Assembly: GCA_030688545.1 (NCBI GenBank)
Contig: JAUYHT010000001.1
Location: 1-32,000 of the forward strand
DNA from: Candidatus Iainarchaeum sp.
GTDB taxonomy: Archaea; Iainarchaeota; Iainarchaeia; Iainarchaeales; VGJJ01
Direction: 5' to 3'
DNA: 32,000 nt
This document shows, one piece after another, positions 15,302-22,913 of this stretch. The translations under genes and the position numbers were made by a program. Positions within the stretch are counted from its first letter, which is position 1. The number at the start of each line of letters is the position of its first letter. The notes under the pieces are model-generated. The model did not search any database. It saw nothing but the letters and a program-made list of their open reading frames with translations, and had not been told where the DNA came from.

Positions 15302-18300
15302 ATGTTCTCTGCGCTCACCCGTCATTCTCTTTGGTTAGGCCTCCTGATACTATTCGTGATGGCTCCTTTTCTCGTGGTGGCGCAGGAGCGGGTGGGTGAT
15401 GTGGCGTCATCTAAAATCCGTCTCGATTTTTCCTTCACCATTGTCGCGCCCTTGGATGGGGAGAAAGTGTCCGGCACTTTTCTTCTCCTGCTCCACTCCG
15501 ATGACCAAATAACCCGCGCCGCCGCCACCATTTCCTCTCCGGGTGAAAAAGTCCCGCTCGTCACCCTTTCCATTGACCCCTCTTCCAGACAAGCGGAATG
15601 GGATACATCTTCCGCCCCCGATGGCCCTTATCAAGTGGTAGTCGAAGCCTGCGAGGCCGATATCTGTCTCTCCCGTTCCAAGATATTCCACATCGCCAAT
15701 GCGACCGCCCCGCCCATACGCGATGATAAACCCCCATCTCCTCCCTCTCCCATTGTACCACCAAGCGAATCGGAATTCGAATCCCTCACCCCCGAACCCA
15801 GCGAGAAACCCATTCCCCCGGTTCCCGGAGACCGCGTGCGCCGACGCCAGGTGGCTATCCCCGCTCCTTCTCCCGCGGATCCCTCTCCGCAAATCCCTCC
15901 CCCTCTCCCGCCGGAGCCGTTGTTCACCATTTTTCCACCTAATGTTTTTTCATTAGTGGAAATCCGCAATCGCGCGGATACAAATACGCTTCTCCGTGGA
16001 AGCGGGGAGCAATTCCAATTGCCCTCAGGCATCTATAACGCGCATGTCACTATCCCCAAACACCCCTTGGTTTCGATCGCTTTGGAGCGCTTCTCCGTGG
16101 ACCAGGACGCGCAACTGTTTCAGATAACCCCATTATCGTCCCCCCCTATCTTGTCCATCAAGGATATCAATTACAACGTCCAGGCCGCTTATTCCCTGTC
16201 ATTCGGTTTTCCTTTCGAGCGGGCGATCCTCGCGTGGGCCAAGCGGGAGAATGGAAATCTCTTTTACTGCTCCTCTCCCGATTCCTTATCTAATTCCTGT
16301 CGCGTCACCTGGCAACCCGTTCCGGTCTCAAAAAACAGATTTGAGCTCATTTCCCTCTCACAGGAGAATTGGATTGTATATGGGATTCCCCAGACCAAAA
16401 TCCAAGACCCATTACCTATTCATTCAATCATCCTCTCCAATGCCCCCGGAGAGTTCTTTCTTCTTCAACCCCCCAAAAAATTAGGTCCGTTTGACGGGAA
16501 TATGGTAGACGTGGAGGAAGGTCGATATACTGCGCGCCTCCATTTCCACGACCTCCCCCTCTCCGTCGTTCGTTTAGAAGATGTGAATATTTCCCATTCC
16601 GGCACCGTGTTCACCTCTCAACCTATCCCCCTCTCCCCGGATGCCATCGATCGCAATATCACTGACATTTTCCATTTCGACGTGGGTTTTAATTTTGATT
16701 CCTGGGATTTCCGTCTCGACAAAATTTTTGAGGAAACCATAAACTATTGCACCCGCTGGTCGACCGACACCCTTTCATGTGGGGGTCAGTGGGTCGCGTC
16801 CCCATCCCCCGTTCTAGAACCCGGGGTAAATGTCTTTGGATTCACTCGTAAGGAGATTAGCGCCACGCCTACTATTCCCGACATTAACGCGTCATCGGAT
16901 GACCTGGATCGGGCCATCGCCTGGTTGCAACGTCTTCATGCGGGCAAGCGTTTCTTTTATGCCGATGATGCTCGCGCTTCCTATTCCTCTTTGGAAACCC
17001 TTTTTTCCCAAGTTGAGATTAATCTCGAATGTCCATCCCCTGCTCCTTTCATTCAGCAGGATGCCACCACCCCGATAGTGGATCCATCACCCCGCGAGGG
17101 TTTCCCATCCCCTCCATCATCCAATCCTCTTTCAACTCCCCCAGATGTTTCTAGTCAAGACCATGTTCCTTCTTCCAACGCGGACGGCGAGGAAAACGGT
17201 TCCTCCAACCCCCCATCAAACCCCTCGTTTCCCCCGCGCGGTTCCCCCCTATTCTATACCAATGATTGGGAAGATCATTTTCCAAACCCTCCGGGCTGGC
17301 GTCAGCGCGAAGACATTCTGTCTTGCGGCGGGATTTCCCTGCGTAACTATTTTGACCCCCAGTTCTCCCCGCGCGATTCCCCCAATTCAATTTTCATCGG
17401 GCGTTCGGATAACGCCCTCAAGCAGCAGTTTGTCTTAGCCAATAATGATAGCGTACCCCGCACCCGCATAATCAGCATCCGTCTCCATGCCCCTTTCCCA
17501 TCGATTCTCTCCGAAACCGAAAATATATTCCCAAGTCCTTTGTATCGTTTGGTGTATCCATCCCCTGACACTTCTCCTTTCTCCCATTCCACTATTCGCT
17601 TTCTCGATGAGGACGTTTCCCAAATTGGTTTCTATGATTTTTCTGATTTGATCACCGGGGGTTTCGACCCATTAGTCGTCGTGCACCGCAAGGCGGAAGA
17701 AACCGTGATAGACACCCTTCTCGAAATAACTCTCCTTCCCGGTCAATCCATTCTCCTGGACCCCCATTATTTCCTTTCCAGTTCCGCTAATTACACCGCT
17801 CGCTGGTCGGGGGGAATCGCCAGCGATCGCCTGGGGGCCCTCAACGCCTTGACGACAGAGAATGTTCCCAATGCCCCCGGCGAAGGCGTCCAACTCCTCA
17901 ACCTCGACAATGGTTCCTATGCCAATGATCTCCTTATCGCCGCTCCTCTCGCGGATACCAATTCCAAGGCCGATGCGGGGGCGCTGTATATGGTATTGAA
18001 TATCGATTCGCGCATGGGAAATTTCGACATGAACACCCCGTCCTCATACGATGCCCGTTTCTCCGGTTCCCGAGCGGGGGATATGCTCACATACCCCACC
18101 CAAGTGGGGAAAGGGTTCCAAGTATTCGATGCGGATGGCGATGGCTCCACGAATGACTTGCTCGTGGTCGCGGGGAGTGCCACCTTCACGGGCGCGAATG
18201 CGGGTTCTCTCTATTTCATCCAGGACATCCATTCCAAATCGGGTTTACTCGATCTGAACAACCTAAACAATTTCACCGCCCGCTGGGACGGGTTATCTAA

Positions 18301-20524
18301 TTCCAGGTTGGGATGGACCGGGTATTCGGGGGATGCCTTCGACGTGTATGATGTGGATGCCGATGGCATCCTGGATGACCTGGTATTATCCCTCCCTTTC
18401 GGGGACACCCAATCCCGCACCGATAACGGGGCGCTTTACCTCATCAACAATGTCACCTCCCGCTCGGGCATCAATCCCCTCTCGTCCTCTTCCTCGTATA
18501 CCGTGGCCTATCACGGCGCGACCGCCTCCGATAAGATTGGGGGCGATTTAAACGGGGGATTAGGCTACCAAATCGTCAACATGGATGGGAATGCCTCCGC
18601 CAACGATGTGGTGCTCGTAGCTCCCTTCGCGGACCTCCTTCAAGGTTTTTTTTTTATCCTCAATGACAATGGGGGGGTCTACATCATTCCCGATTTCAAC
18701 ACGCGAACCGGGGATGTGGATCTTTCCTCGGTGTTTTTCCCATTATTCAATGGCAAGTTGGACAATGACAATGTGGGGTATAGCAATGACAGCAATCTCA
18801 CCGCTCAGATCGTGAATACTGATGGCAATGCCAATGCGAATGATCTCCTCATCACCTGCATCCTCTGCGACAATTCTCGTACCGACAATGGGTCCATCCA
18901 CTTATTCAAGGATGCCCATCTCCGTACCGCGGCCACGGATTTGACCACGAGCGATGTGTATTGGACCCCCATGGTTAATTTGGATCAATTCGGCTACACC
19001 GCGGGCGGGGGTTTGGGGGCCCAGGTCGTAAATCTCGATGGGAATGTGGCCGCCAATGATATGATTGTTACGTGTGCCCGCTGCAACACCGCGAGCATCC
19101 TGGAGAATGGCACCGTCTATATCTTTCGAGACATCAACACCCTCTCCGGGGCCAAAGCCCTGAGTGTTTCCTCCAACTACTATCTCCGTTTCTATGGCGC
19201 TACCAACTACGACCGTATTGGTGACATTGGGAAATCCGGCCAATCTGTTCAGCTCGTGAACACCGATGGCAATGCACTAGCCAACGACCTGGTGTTCGGT
19301 TCCCGTGCCGTTACCACTTCCCCCGGAATAACGGGCGCAGTATATTTTGTGCGCGACCTCCTTTCCTTCTCCGGCTCGCTCACTTTGGCTACATCATCCA
19401 ATTACACCGCCCGCTGGTCCCCTCCTTCGGTCGACGACAATTTCGGTTACACCAACAATTCGGGTCCCGGCATCCAAATAGTGAATCTCGATAATGGTAT
19501 AGCTACCAATGACCTCATTGTTACCGCGGTGCGCGCGGACATTAATTCCAAGACAAACGCCGGGGGGGTATGGGTCATGAAGGACATCAACACCCTCTCC
19601 GGCCAGATTATCTTGGATACGGATGCCAATTACAGCGTGCGTTTCAACGGGGGGAAAACCGAGGACTATCTGGGTTACACCATTCAAGGGGGCCAAGGAA
19701 CCTGGATGGTGAATCTGGACAACAATGCTTACTCCAATGACCTCGTCCTCGCGGCCGCGAGCGCCGACACTACTCTTCAGGATGCGGGTTCCGTTTACAT
19801 CATCCAGGATGTGGATTTCAAATCAGGCAATATCGATTTAGATACGAATACTAATTACCTTAAACGCTATTCCGGGGGCGATGCCAACCTATTTTTGGGC
19901 TCCACCCAATATGGGGGTTCGGGCCTCCGTTTGTTGGATTCGGATGGGGATTCCTTCCTCGATCTTTTTCTCACCTCCGTACAGGCGGACATCAATGGCA
20001 AGCCTCAGAGCGGAGTGCTCTATCGGATTGAAGATGTTTACCGTTTCCTCGACGTGGGGTTGGACTATTCTTTCACTCTCTCTCTCCCTGCTGATGGGTG
20101 TACGGATGGTAAAGGCAATTTCTCCGGGGGCACGAGTTGCCAGCGGGGGTGGGTGGGGGCCACGAGCGACACGCAGACCCAGGTGCAACCCGAAGGACAG
20201 GATGTCGATAATACCATCTCCTTTTTCGTCCTTGACAATCAGAGCACTACTTCCTCCGACTTCAATGTGTTCCTCGATCTCAATGCCGCGCTCCCCGGTA
20301 CCATCGTGTTCAAGGCATCCAATTCAAAAAGCGGGTATCAATCCACTTGCTCCGGCAATCCTGCTAATAATTGCGTGACCCTTTCCACGACCAAGAAATC
20401 CGTCGGCACGGCCATCTATTCCGCGGGGACGCAGGACCTCAACATCTTTTTCTGGGCCGATTTCACCAGCGCCCCCGATGGCAATGTGGATCGAAACGTG
20501 GGGAGTACCGCGCAATCGCCGTGA
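15302..20524 (+). CDS. 1740-aa exported giant protein: signal peptide, Ig-like domain, two proline-rich linkers, at least 10 FG-GAP/integrin-alpha-like repeats and a C-terminal Cys-containing domain
   Basis: Signal LWLGLLILFVMAPFLVVAQE. Pro-rich stretches lie at ~15702-15925 and ~17033-17250. The repeat pattern is NYTARW..[FLI]G....G.G.Q..N.DG....NDL....A..AD......GA.Y...D......G. No C-terminal TM. Confidence 0.9.
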   Translation: MFSALTRHSLWLGLLILFVMAPFLVVAQERVGDVASSKIRLDFSFTIVAPLDGEKVSGTFLLLLHSDDQITRAAATISSPGEKVPLVTLSIDPSSRQAEWDTSSAPDGPYQVVVEACEADICLSRSKIFHIANATAPPIRDDKPPSPPSPIVPPSESEFESLTPEPSEKPIPPVPGDRVRRRQVAIPAPSPADPSPQIPPPLPPEPLFTIFPPNVFSLVEIRNRADTNTLLRGSGEQFQLPSGIYNAHVTIPKHPLVSIALERFSVDQDAQLFQITPLSSPPILSIKDINYNVQAAYSLSFGFPFERAILAWAKRENGNLFYCSSPDSLSNSCRVTWQPVPVSKNRFELISLSQENWIVYGIPQTKIQDPLPIHSIILSNAPGEFFLLQPPKKLGPFDGNMVDVEEGRYTARLHFHDLPLSVVRLEDVNISHSGTVFTSQPIPLSPDAIDRNITDIFHFDVGFNFDSWDFRLDKIFEETINYCTRWSTDTLSCGGQWVASPSPVLEPGVNVFGFTRKEISATPTIPDINASSDDLDRAIAWLQRLHAGKRFFYADDARASYSSLETLFSQVEINLECPSPAPFIQQDATTPIVDPSPREGFPSPPSSNPLSTPPDVSSQDHVPSSNADGEENGSSNPPSNPSFPPRGSPLFYTNDWEDHFPNPPGWRQREDILSCGGISLRNYFDPQFSPRDSPNSIFIGRSDNALKQQFVLANNDSVPRTRIISIRLHAPFPSILSETENIFPSPLYRLVYPSPDTSPFSHSTIRFLDEDVSQIGFYDFSDLITGGFDPLVVVHRKAEETVIDTLLEITLLPGQSILLDPHYFLSSSANYTARWSGGIASDRLGALNALTTENVPNAPGEGVQLLNLDNGSYANDLLIAAPLADTNSKADAGALYMVLNIDSRMGNFDMNTPSSYDARFSGSRAGDMLTYPTQVGKGFQVFDADGDGSTNDLLVVAGSATFTGANAGSLYFIQDIHSKSGLLDLNNLNNFTARWDGLSNSRLGWTGYSGDAFDVYDVDADGILDDLVLSLPFGDTQSRTDNGALYLINNVTSRSGINPLSSSSSYTVAYHGATASDKIGGDLNGGLGYQIVNMDGNASANDVVLVAPFADLLQGFFFILNDNGGVYIIPDFNTRTGDVDLSSVFFPLFNGKLDNDNVGYSNDSNLTAQIVNTDGNANANDLLITCILCDNSRTDNGSIHLFKDAHLRTAATDLTTSDVYWTPMVNLDQFGYTAGGGLGAQVVNLDGNVAANDMIVTCARCNTASILENGTVYIFRDINTLSGAKALSVSSNYYLRFYGATNYDRIGDIGKSGQSVQLVNTDGNALANDLVFGSRAVTTSPGITGAVYFVRDLLSFSGSLTLATSSNYTARWSPPSVDDNFGYTNNSGPGIQIVNLDNGIATNDLIVTAVRADINSKTNAGGVWVMKDINTLSGQIILDTDANYSVRFNGGKTEDYLGYTIQGGQGTWMVNLDNNAYSNDLVLAAASADTTLQDAGSVYIIQDVDFKSGNIDLDTNTNYLKRYSGGDANLFLGSTQYGGSGLRLLDSDGDSFLDLFLTSVQADINGKPQSGVLYRIEDVYRFLDVGLDYSFTLSLPADGCTDGKGNFSGGTSCQRGWVGATSDTQTQVQPEGQDVDNTISFFVLDNQSTTSSDFNVFLDLNAALPGTIVFKASNSKSGYQSTCSGNPANNCVTLSTTKKSVGTAIYSAGTQDLNIFFWADFTSAPDGNVDRNVGSTAQSP
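17780..20046 (+). repeat. at least 10 tandem ~75-aa FG-GAP-like (beta-propeller blade) repeats inside the 1740-aa gene
   Basis: Each unit has a [FLI]G element and a DxDxDG-like Ca-binding loop (for example DADGDGSTNDL, DVDADGILDDL, NTDGNANANDL, NLDGNVAANDM), followed by GA-x-Y. The units are diverged at the DNA level. Confidence 0.75.
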
Positions 20525-21328
20525 ATGATATCTATGCGTCCGTCCTTTCATCCCAAAAAATCCTTTCCCTTCCTCCCAGTAGCTGGCCTTCTCCTCCTCG
20601 GCATATTATTCCTTTTCTTTTTCTTTTCAACAACTTCCCCCCAACCACCAGATTCCAATTCCATTGATGAATCATGCATAGACATCTCCCGCGCATCCTA
20701 CCCTATTCCCCTCTCCGCATTCGAGTATCTCCCCGACATCCCCTCTTGTCTCGGCACGGTCGCGGCTGCCATCAGTTCAAAGGAAATTAACGACTTTCTA
20801 TTCTTCGACGAATCCTACTACCTCCAACCCGAATTCTTTCCCTCATTCACCAAAGAAGGGTTCGCGTATTGGGAAAACATATCCCCAGCCCACTACGGTG
20901 CCATCGGTTTCGGTGCCTTCCCTTCCTCTCAAAAAATTTCGTTATCTCCGGGGGAGACCAAGATGGTTCGCGTCTTCTTCCATGCGGGTTTCGGGGTGCG
21001 CGGTTTCCAGGGAGGTCAGCTTTTTCCCCGTTTTCAGGACCCCACCTCTGCTTCCTTCGTTCAAATCGAATTGGATCCAGCTTCCCGTACCGGCTTCCTC
21101 CTGGGCCCCACCTTTCCCAAATTCCATCCCAATTGGGTGCATCCCGTGACGATCCGCGTAACTGCCACCCAGGCCATTCCAGAAGATCTGGTAATCCAAT
21201 TCCACACCGCTCCTCCCACCACCCAAAATGCTCTCACCTGGTCAGAAGCGTATGCGCCCTACTATTTCCCCCTCACCCAATACGTGGGGTCGCGTCAGGC
21301 TTTCCACCTCATTGTTTCCCCCGCATGA
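20525..21328 (+). CDS. partner protein B: 267-aa N-terminally anchored protein, paralog of 11598..12449
   Basis: The ATG immediately follows the TGA of the 1740-aa gene. N-terminal TM FLPVAGLLLLGILFLFFFF. It shares motifs with partner A (see that feature). Confidence 0.75.
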   Translation: MISMRPSFHPKKSFPFLPVAGLLLLGILFLFFFFSTTSPQPPDSNSIDESCIDISRASYPIPLSAFEYLPDIPSCLGTVAAAISSKEINDFLFFDESYYLQPEFFPSFTKEGFAYWENISPAHYGAIGFGAFPSSQKISLSPGETKMVRVFFHAGFGVRGFQGGQLFPRFQDPTSASFVQIELDPASRTGFLLGPTFPKFHPNWVHPVTIRVTATQAIPEDLVIQFHTAPPTTQNALTWSEAYAPYYFPLTQYVGSRQAFHLIVSPA

Positions 21329-21369
21329 ATGGGCTTTTATAATGCTTTTCGCGTGGATTTCTGTCTAGT

Positions 21370-21443
21370 GGGGCCATAGCTCAGTCTGGTAGAGCAGCGG
21401 GCTTTTAACCCGCGTGTCGAGGGTTCAAATCCCTCTGGCCTCG
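21370..21443 (+). tRNA. tRNA-Lys (UUU)
   Basis: Cloverleaf: GGGGCCA/TGGCCTC acceptor stem with one G:U, D arm GCTC-AGTCTGGTA-GAGC, anticodon arm GCGGG-CTTTTAA-CCCGC, T arm GAGGG-TTCAAAT-CCCTC. TATA-like CTTTTATAAT lies ~27 nt upstream. Confidence 0.9.
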
Positions 21444-21472
21444 TCCATTTCCCATTGGACCAACCGGGGTTA

Positions 21473-21512
21473 GGGGTCCTGTTTTTTTTCAGGACCCCAT
21501 ACTTTTGTTTTT
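21473..21512 (+). terminator. hairpin (GGGGTCCTG-T8-CAGGACCCC) followed by a CTTTTGTTTTT T-rich tract after tRNA-Lys(UUU)
   Basis: A 9-bp stem with an oligo-T loop and downstream oligo-T runs, which is archaeal terminator-like. The identical element follows the second tRNA-Lys at 22687-22727. Confidence 0.5.
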
Positions 21513-21537
21513 CGCGCACCTTTTTCCAAAAGGTGCG

Positions 21538-21618
21538 TTCATATCCCTCTGGCCTCGTTGCACGCTTTCGAGCGTGCGCCCCGAGGGACGAGGGGATTCT
21601 TCGAATCCCCGGCGGCCG
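21538..21618 (+). ncRNA. candidate structured RNA/repeat module X1 (tRNA-Lys 3' fragment plus two hairpins)
   Basis: 21538-21558 repeats the last 21 nt of the tRNA (20/21 identical). Then come hairpin GCACGCT-TTCG-AGCGTGC, an outer CCTCGT/ACGAGG pairing, hairpin GGGGATTC-TTC-GAATCCCC and the tail GGCGGCCG. Related modules lie at 22753-22822 and 22843-22913. Confidence 0.45.
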
Positions 21619-21716
21619 TAATGAACGGGGCTAGGCGTTGCCTATTTTCTCTTATCAAAACCGTTCCATTAATTTGGATTACATCCACTCGCAGGGTTTC
21701 CAACCATTTTTTGGGC

Positions 21717-22520
21717 TCATTTCCCAATTTTCTTTTTCCCAAGCAGGTCTTTCAATCCCTCAATCAAATCCACCGGGAATAATATCACGGTATTTGAGGG
21801 GGTTGGTCCCAATCCATCAATGGTTTGCAATGTGCGTAGCTGAATGGCTCCCGGCGTTCCGTTCATGATGCGCGCGGCCTCCGCGAGGTTTTTCGCTGCA
21901 AGCCTGTCTCCTTCGCTCTTAGTGATGTTCGCCCGCTTCTCGCGTTCGGCACTCGCCTGCCGGGACATGATACGTTTCAGATCTTCCGGCATCTCGATAT
22001 CCTGCATCTTGATATTTTCCACGGCCAATCCCCACTCCCCGGATTCTTTCCCCACAATAATGGCGATTTGTTCTCCTATCTTTTGTCGTTCTGCCAAAAC
22101 GTCATCCAAGTCCATGTTCCCGATCACATCACGCAGTGCCGTTTGGGCGTATTGTGACACAGCATACGTGTAATCCTGCACCTTGATGATGGCTTTTTTC
22201 GGGTCCTCTACCCTGAAATATACGACCCCATTGATAGCCACCGGCACATTGTCCTTCGTGATAGCCTGTTGTCGTGGGATGTCCATTGTCAACACGCGCA
22301 TATCGACAGTAACGCTTCGATCGATGAGGGGGATGATGAAGTTTAATCCCGGTTCCAATGTGCGTTTAAGCCGGCCCAATCGGAATACGATGGCCGTTTC
22401 GTATTGTTGGATGAGGCGCATGCTCGACAACAGCAGGGCGATCGCAGCTACGCCGATAATGATGATTTCCAACAGTGCCATATTCACTTCCTCCCCATAC
22501 CCTACTTCGACCCCCTTCAT
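21717..22520 (-). CDS. SPFH/band-7 (stomatin/prohibitin-like) membrane protein
   Basis: N-terminal TM IIIIGVAAIALLLSS. The SPFH core is recognisable: QQYETAIVFRLGRL..LEPGLNFIIPLIDR...TKDNVPV..NGVVYFRV.DP..A...V.DY..A....AQTALRDVIG. The C-terminus is coiled-coil with AEREKRA. Confidence 0.9.
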   Translation of the reverse strand: MKGVEVGYGEEVNMALLEIIIIGVAAIALLLSSMRLIQQYETAIVFRLGRLKRTLEPGLNFIIPLIDRSVTVDMRVLTMDIPRQQAITKDNVPVAINGVVYFRVEDPKKAIIKVQDYTYAVSQYAQTALRDVIGNMDLDDVLAERQKIGEQIAIIVGKESGEWGLAVENIKMQDIEMPEDLKRIMSRQASAEREKRANITKSEGDRLAAKNLAEAARIMNGTPGAIQLRTLQTIDGLGPTPSNTVILFPVDLIEGLKDLLGKKKIGK

Positions 22521-22583
22521 CTAAAAACCTGTCGAGAATGCGCTGTTTTTTTAACCGTTGTTTGGGGGTTCTTTCTTAGAATT

Positions 22584-22657
22584 GGGGCCATAGCTCAGTC
22601 TGGTAGAGCAGCGGACTCTTAATCCGCGTGTCGAGGGTTCAAATCCCTCTGGCCTCG
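22584..22657 (+). tRNA. tRNA-Lys (CUU)
   Basis: It has the same sequence as the 21370 gene except in the anticodon arm (GCGGA-CTCTTAA-TCCGC). Confidence 0.9.
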
Positions 22658-22799
22658 TCCATTTCCCATTGGACCAACCGGGGTTAGGGGTCCTGTTTTT
22701 TTTTCAGGACCCCATACTTTTGTTTTTCGCGCACCTTTTTCCAAAAGGTGCGTTCATATCCCTCTGGCCTCGTCGCACGCTTTCGAGCGTGCGCCCCGA
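22584..22799 (+). repeat. ~215-bp direct repeat, copy 2 (tRNA-Lys plus 3' flank)
   Basis: See copy 1. The two copies bracket the SPFH gene. Confidence 0.85.
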
Positions 22800-22913
22800 A
22801 CTCGGGGTATCTGCGATACCCCTGAAGAAAAAATATAGTCCGCTTCGTCCTGCTGCACGTTTTCGAGCGTGCGTGCCGAGGGACGAGGGAGGGTTACACC
22901 CTCCCGGCGACCG
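22753..22913 (+). ncRNA. candidate structured RNA/repeat modules X2a (22753-22822) and X2b (22843-22913)
   Basis: X2a has the tRNA 3' fragment, the UUCG hairpin and hairpin GGGGTATC-TGC-GATACCCC. X2b has CTTCGTCC...GGACGAGG, hairpin GCACGTT-TTCG-AGCGTGC (one C-to-T change giving G:U), hairpin GGAGGGT-TAC-ACCCTCC and the tail GGCGACCG. Confidence 0.45.

Larger units (their letters stand above)
21370..21584 (+). repeat. ~215-bp direct repeat, copy 1 (tRNA-Lys plus 3' flank)
   Basis: It is nearly identical to 22584-22799. The differences are three changes in the anticodon arm, a T8 versus T9 loop, and one T/C substitution. Confidence 0.85.

Noticed and set aside
15322-16032. Minus-strand ORFs over the proline-rich linker of the 1740-aa gene (15407..15892, 15631..16032)
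   Set aside because: These Gly/Arg-rich translations are the mirror image of the CCN-rich Pro linker, an expected artefact.
12451-20524. A diversity-generating retroelement or cassette-switching system acting on the giant surface genes
   Set aside because: The window has no reverse transcriptase and no template-repeat/variable-repeat pair. The FG-GAP repeats are too diverged at the DNA level for recent recombination.
20869-21342. Alternative-frame ORF 20869..21342 (+) inside partner B
   Set aside because: It is Arg/Pro/Ser-rich, and it lacks the paralog similarity that validates the 20525 frame.
21538-21618. A split or circularly permuted tRNA gene, because a tRNA 3' end is followed by hairpins
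   Set aside because: Only the last 21 nt of the tRNA are present. The downstream sequence does not contain the complementary acceptor 5' strand (GGGGCCA), a D arm or an anticodon arm. Both tRNA-Lys genes are already complete.
21337-21782. ORFs 21337..21519 (-), 21539..21742 (-) and 21558..21782 (+), and 22669..22944 (+) in the second copy
   Set aside because: They run through a tRNA gene, its terminator hairpins and the hairpin repeat module. The duplicated DNA is better explained as RNA or repeat structure than as coding sequence.
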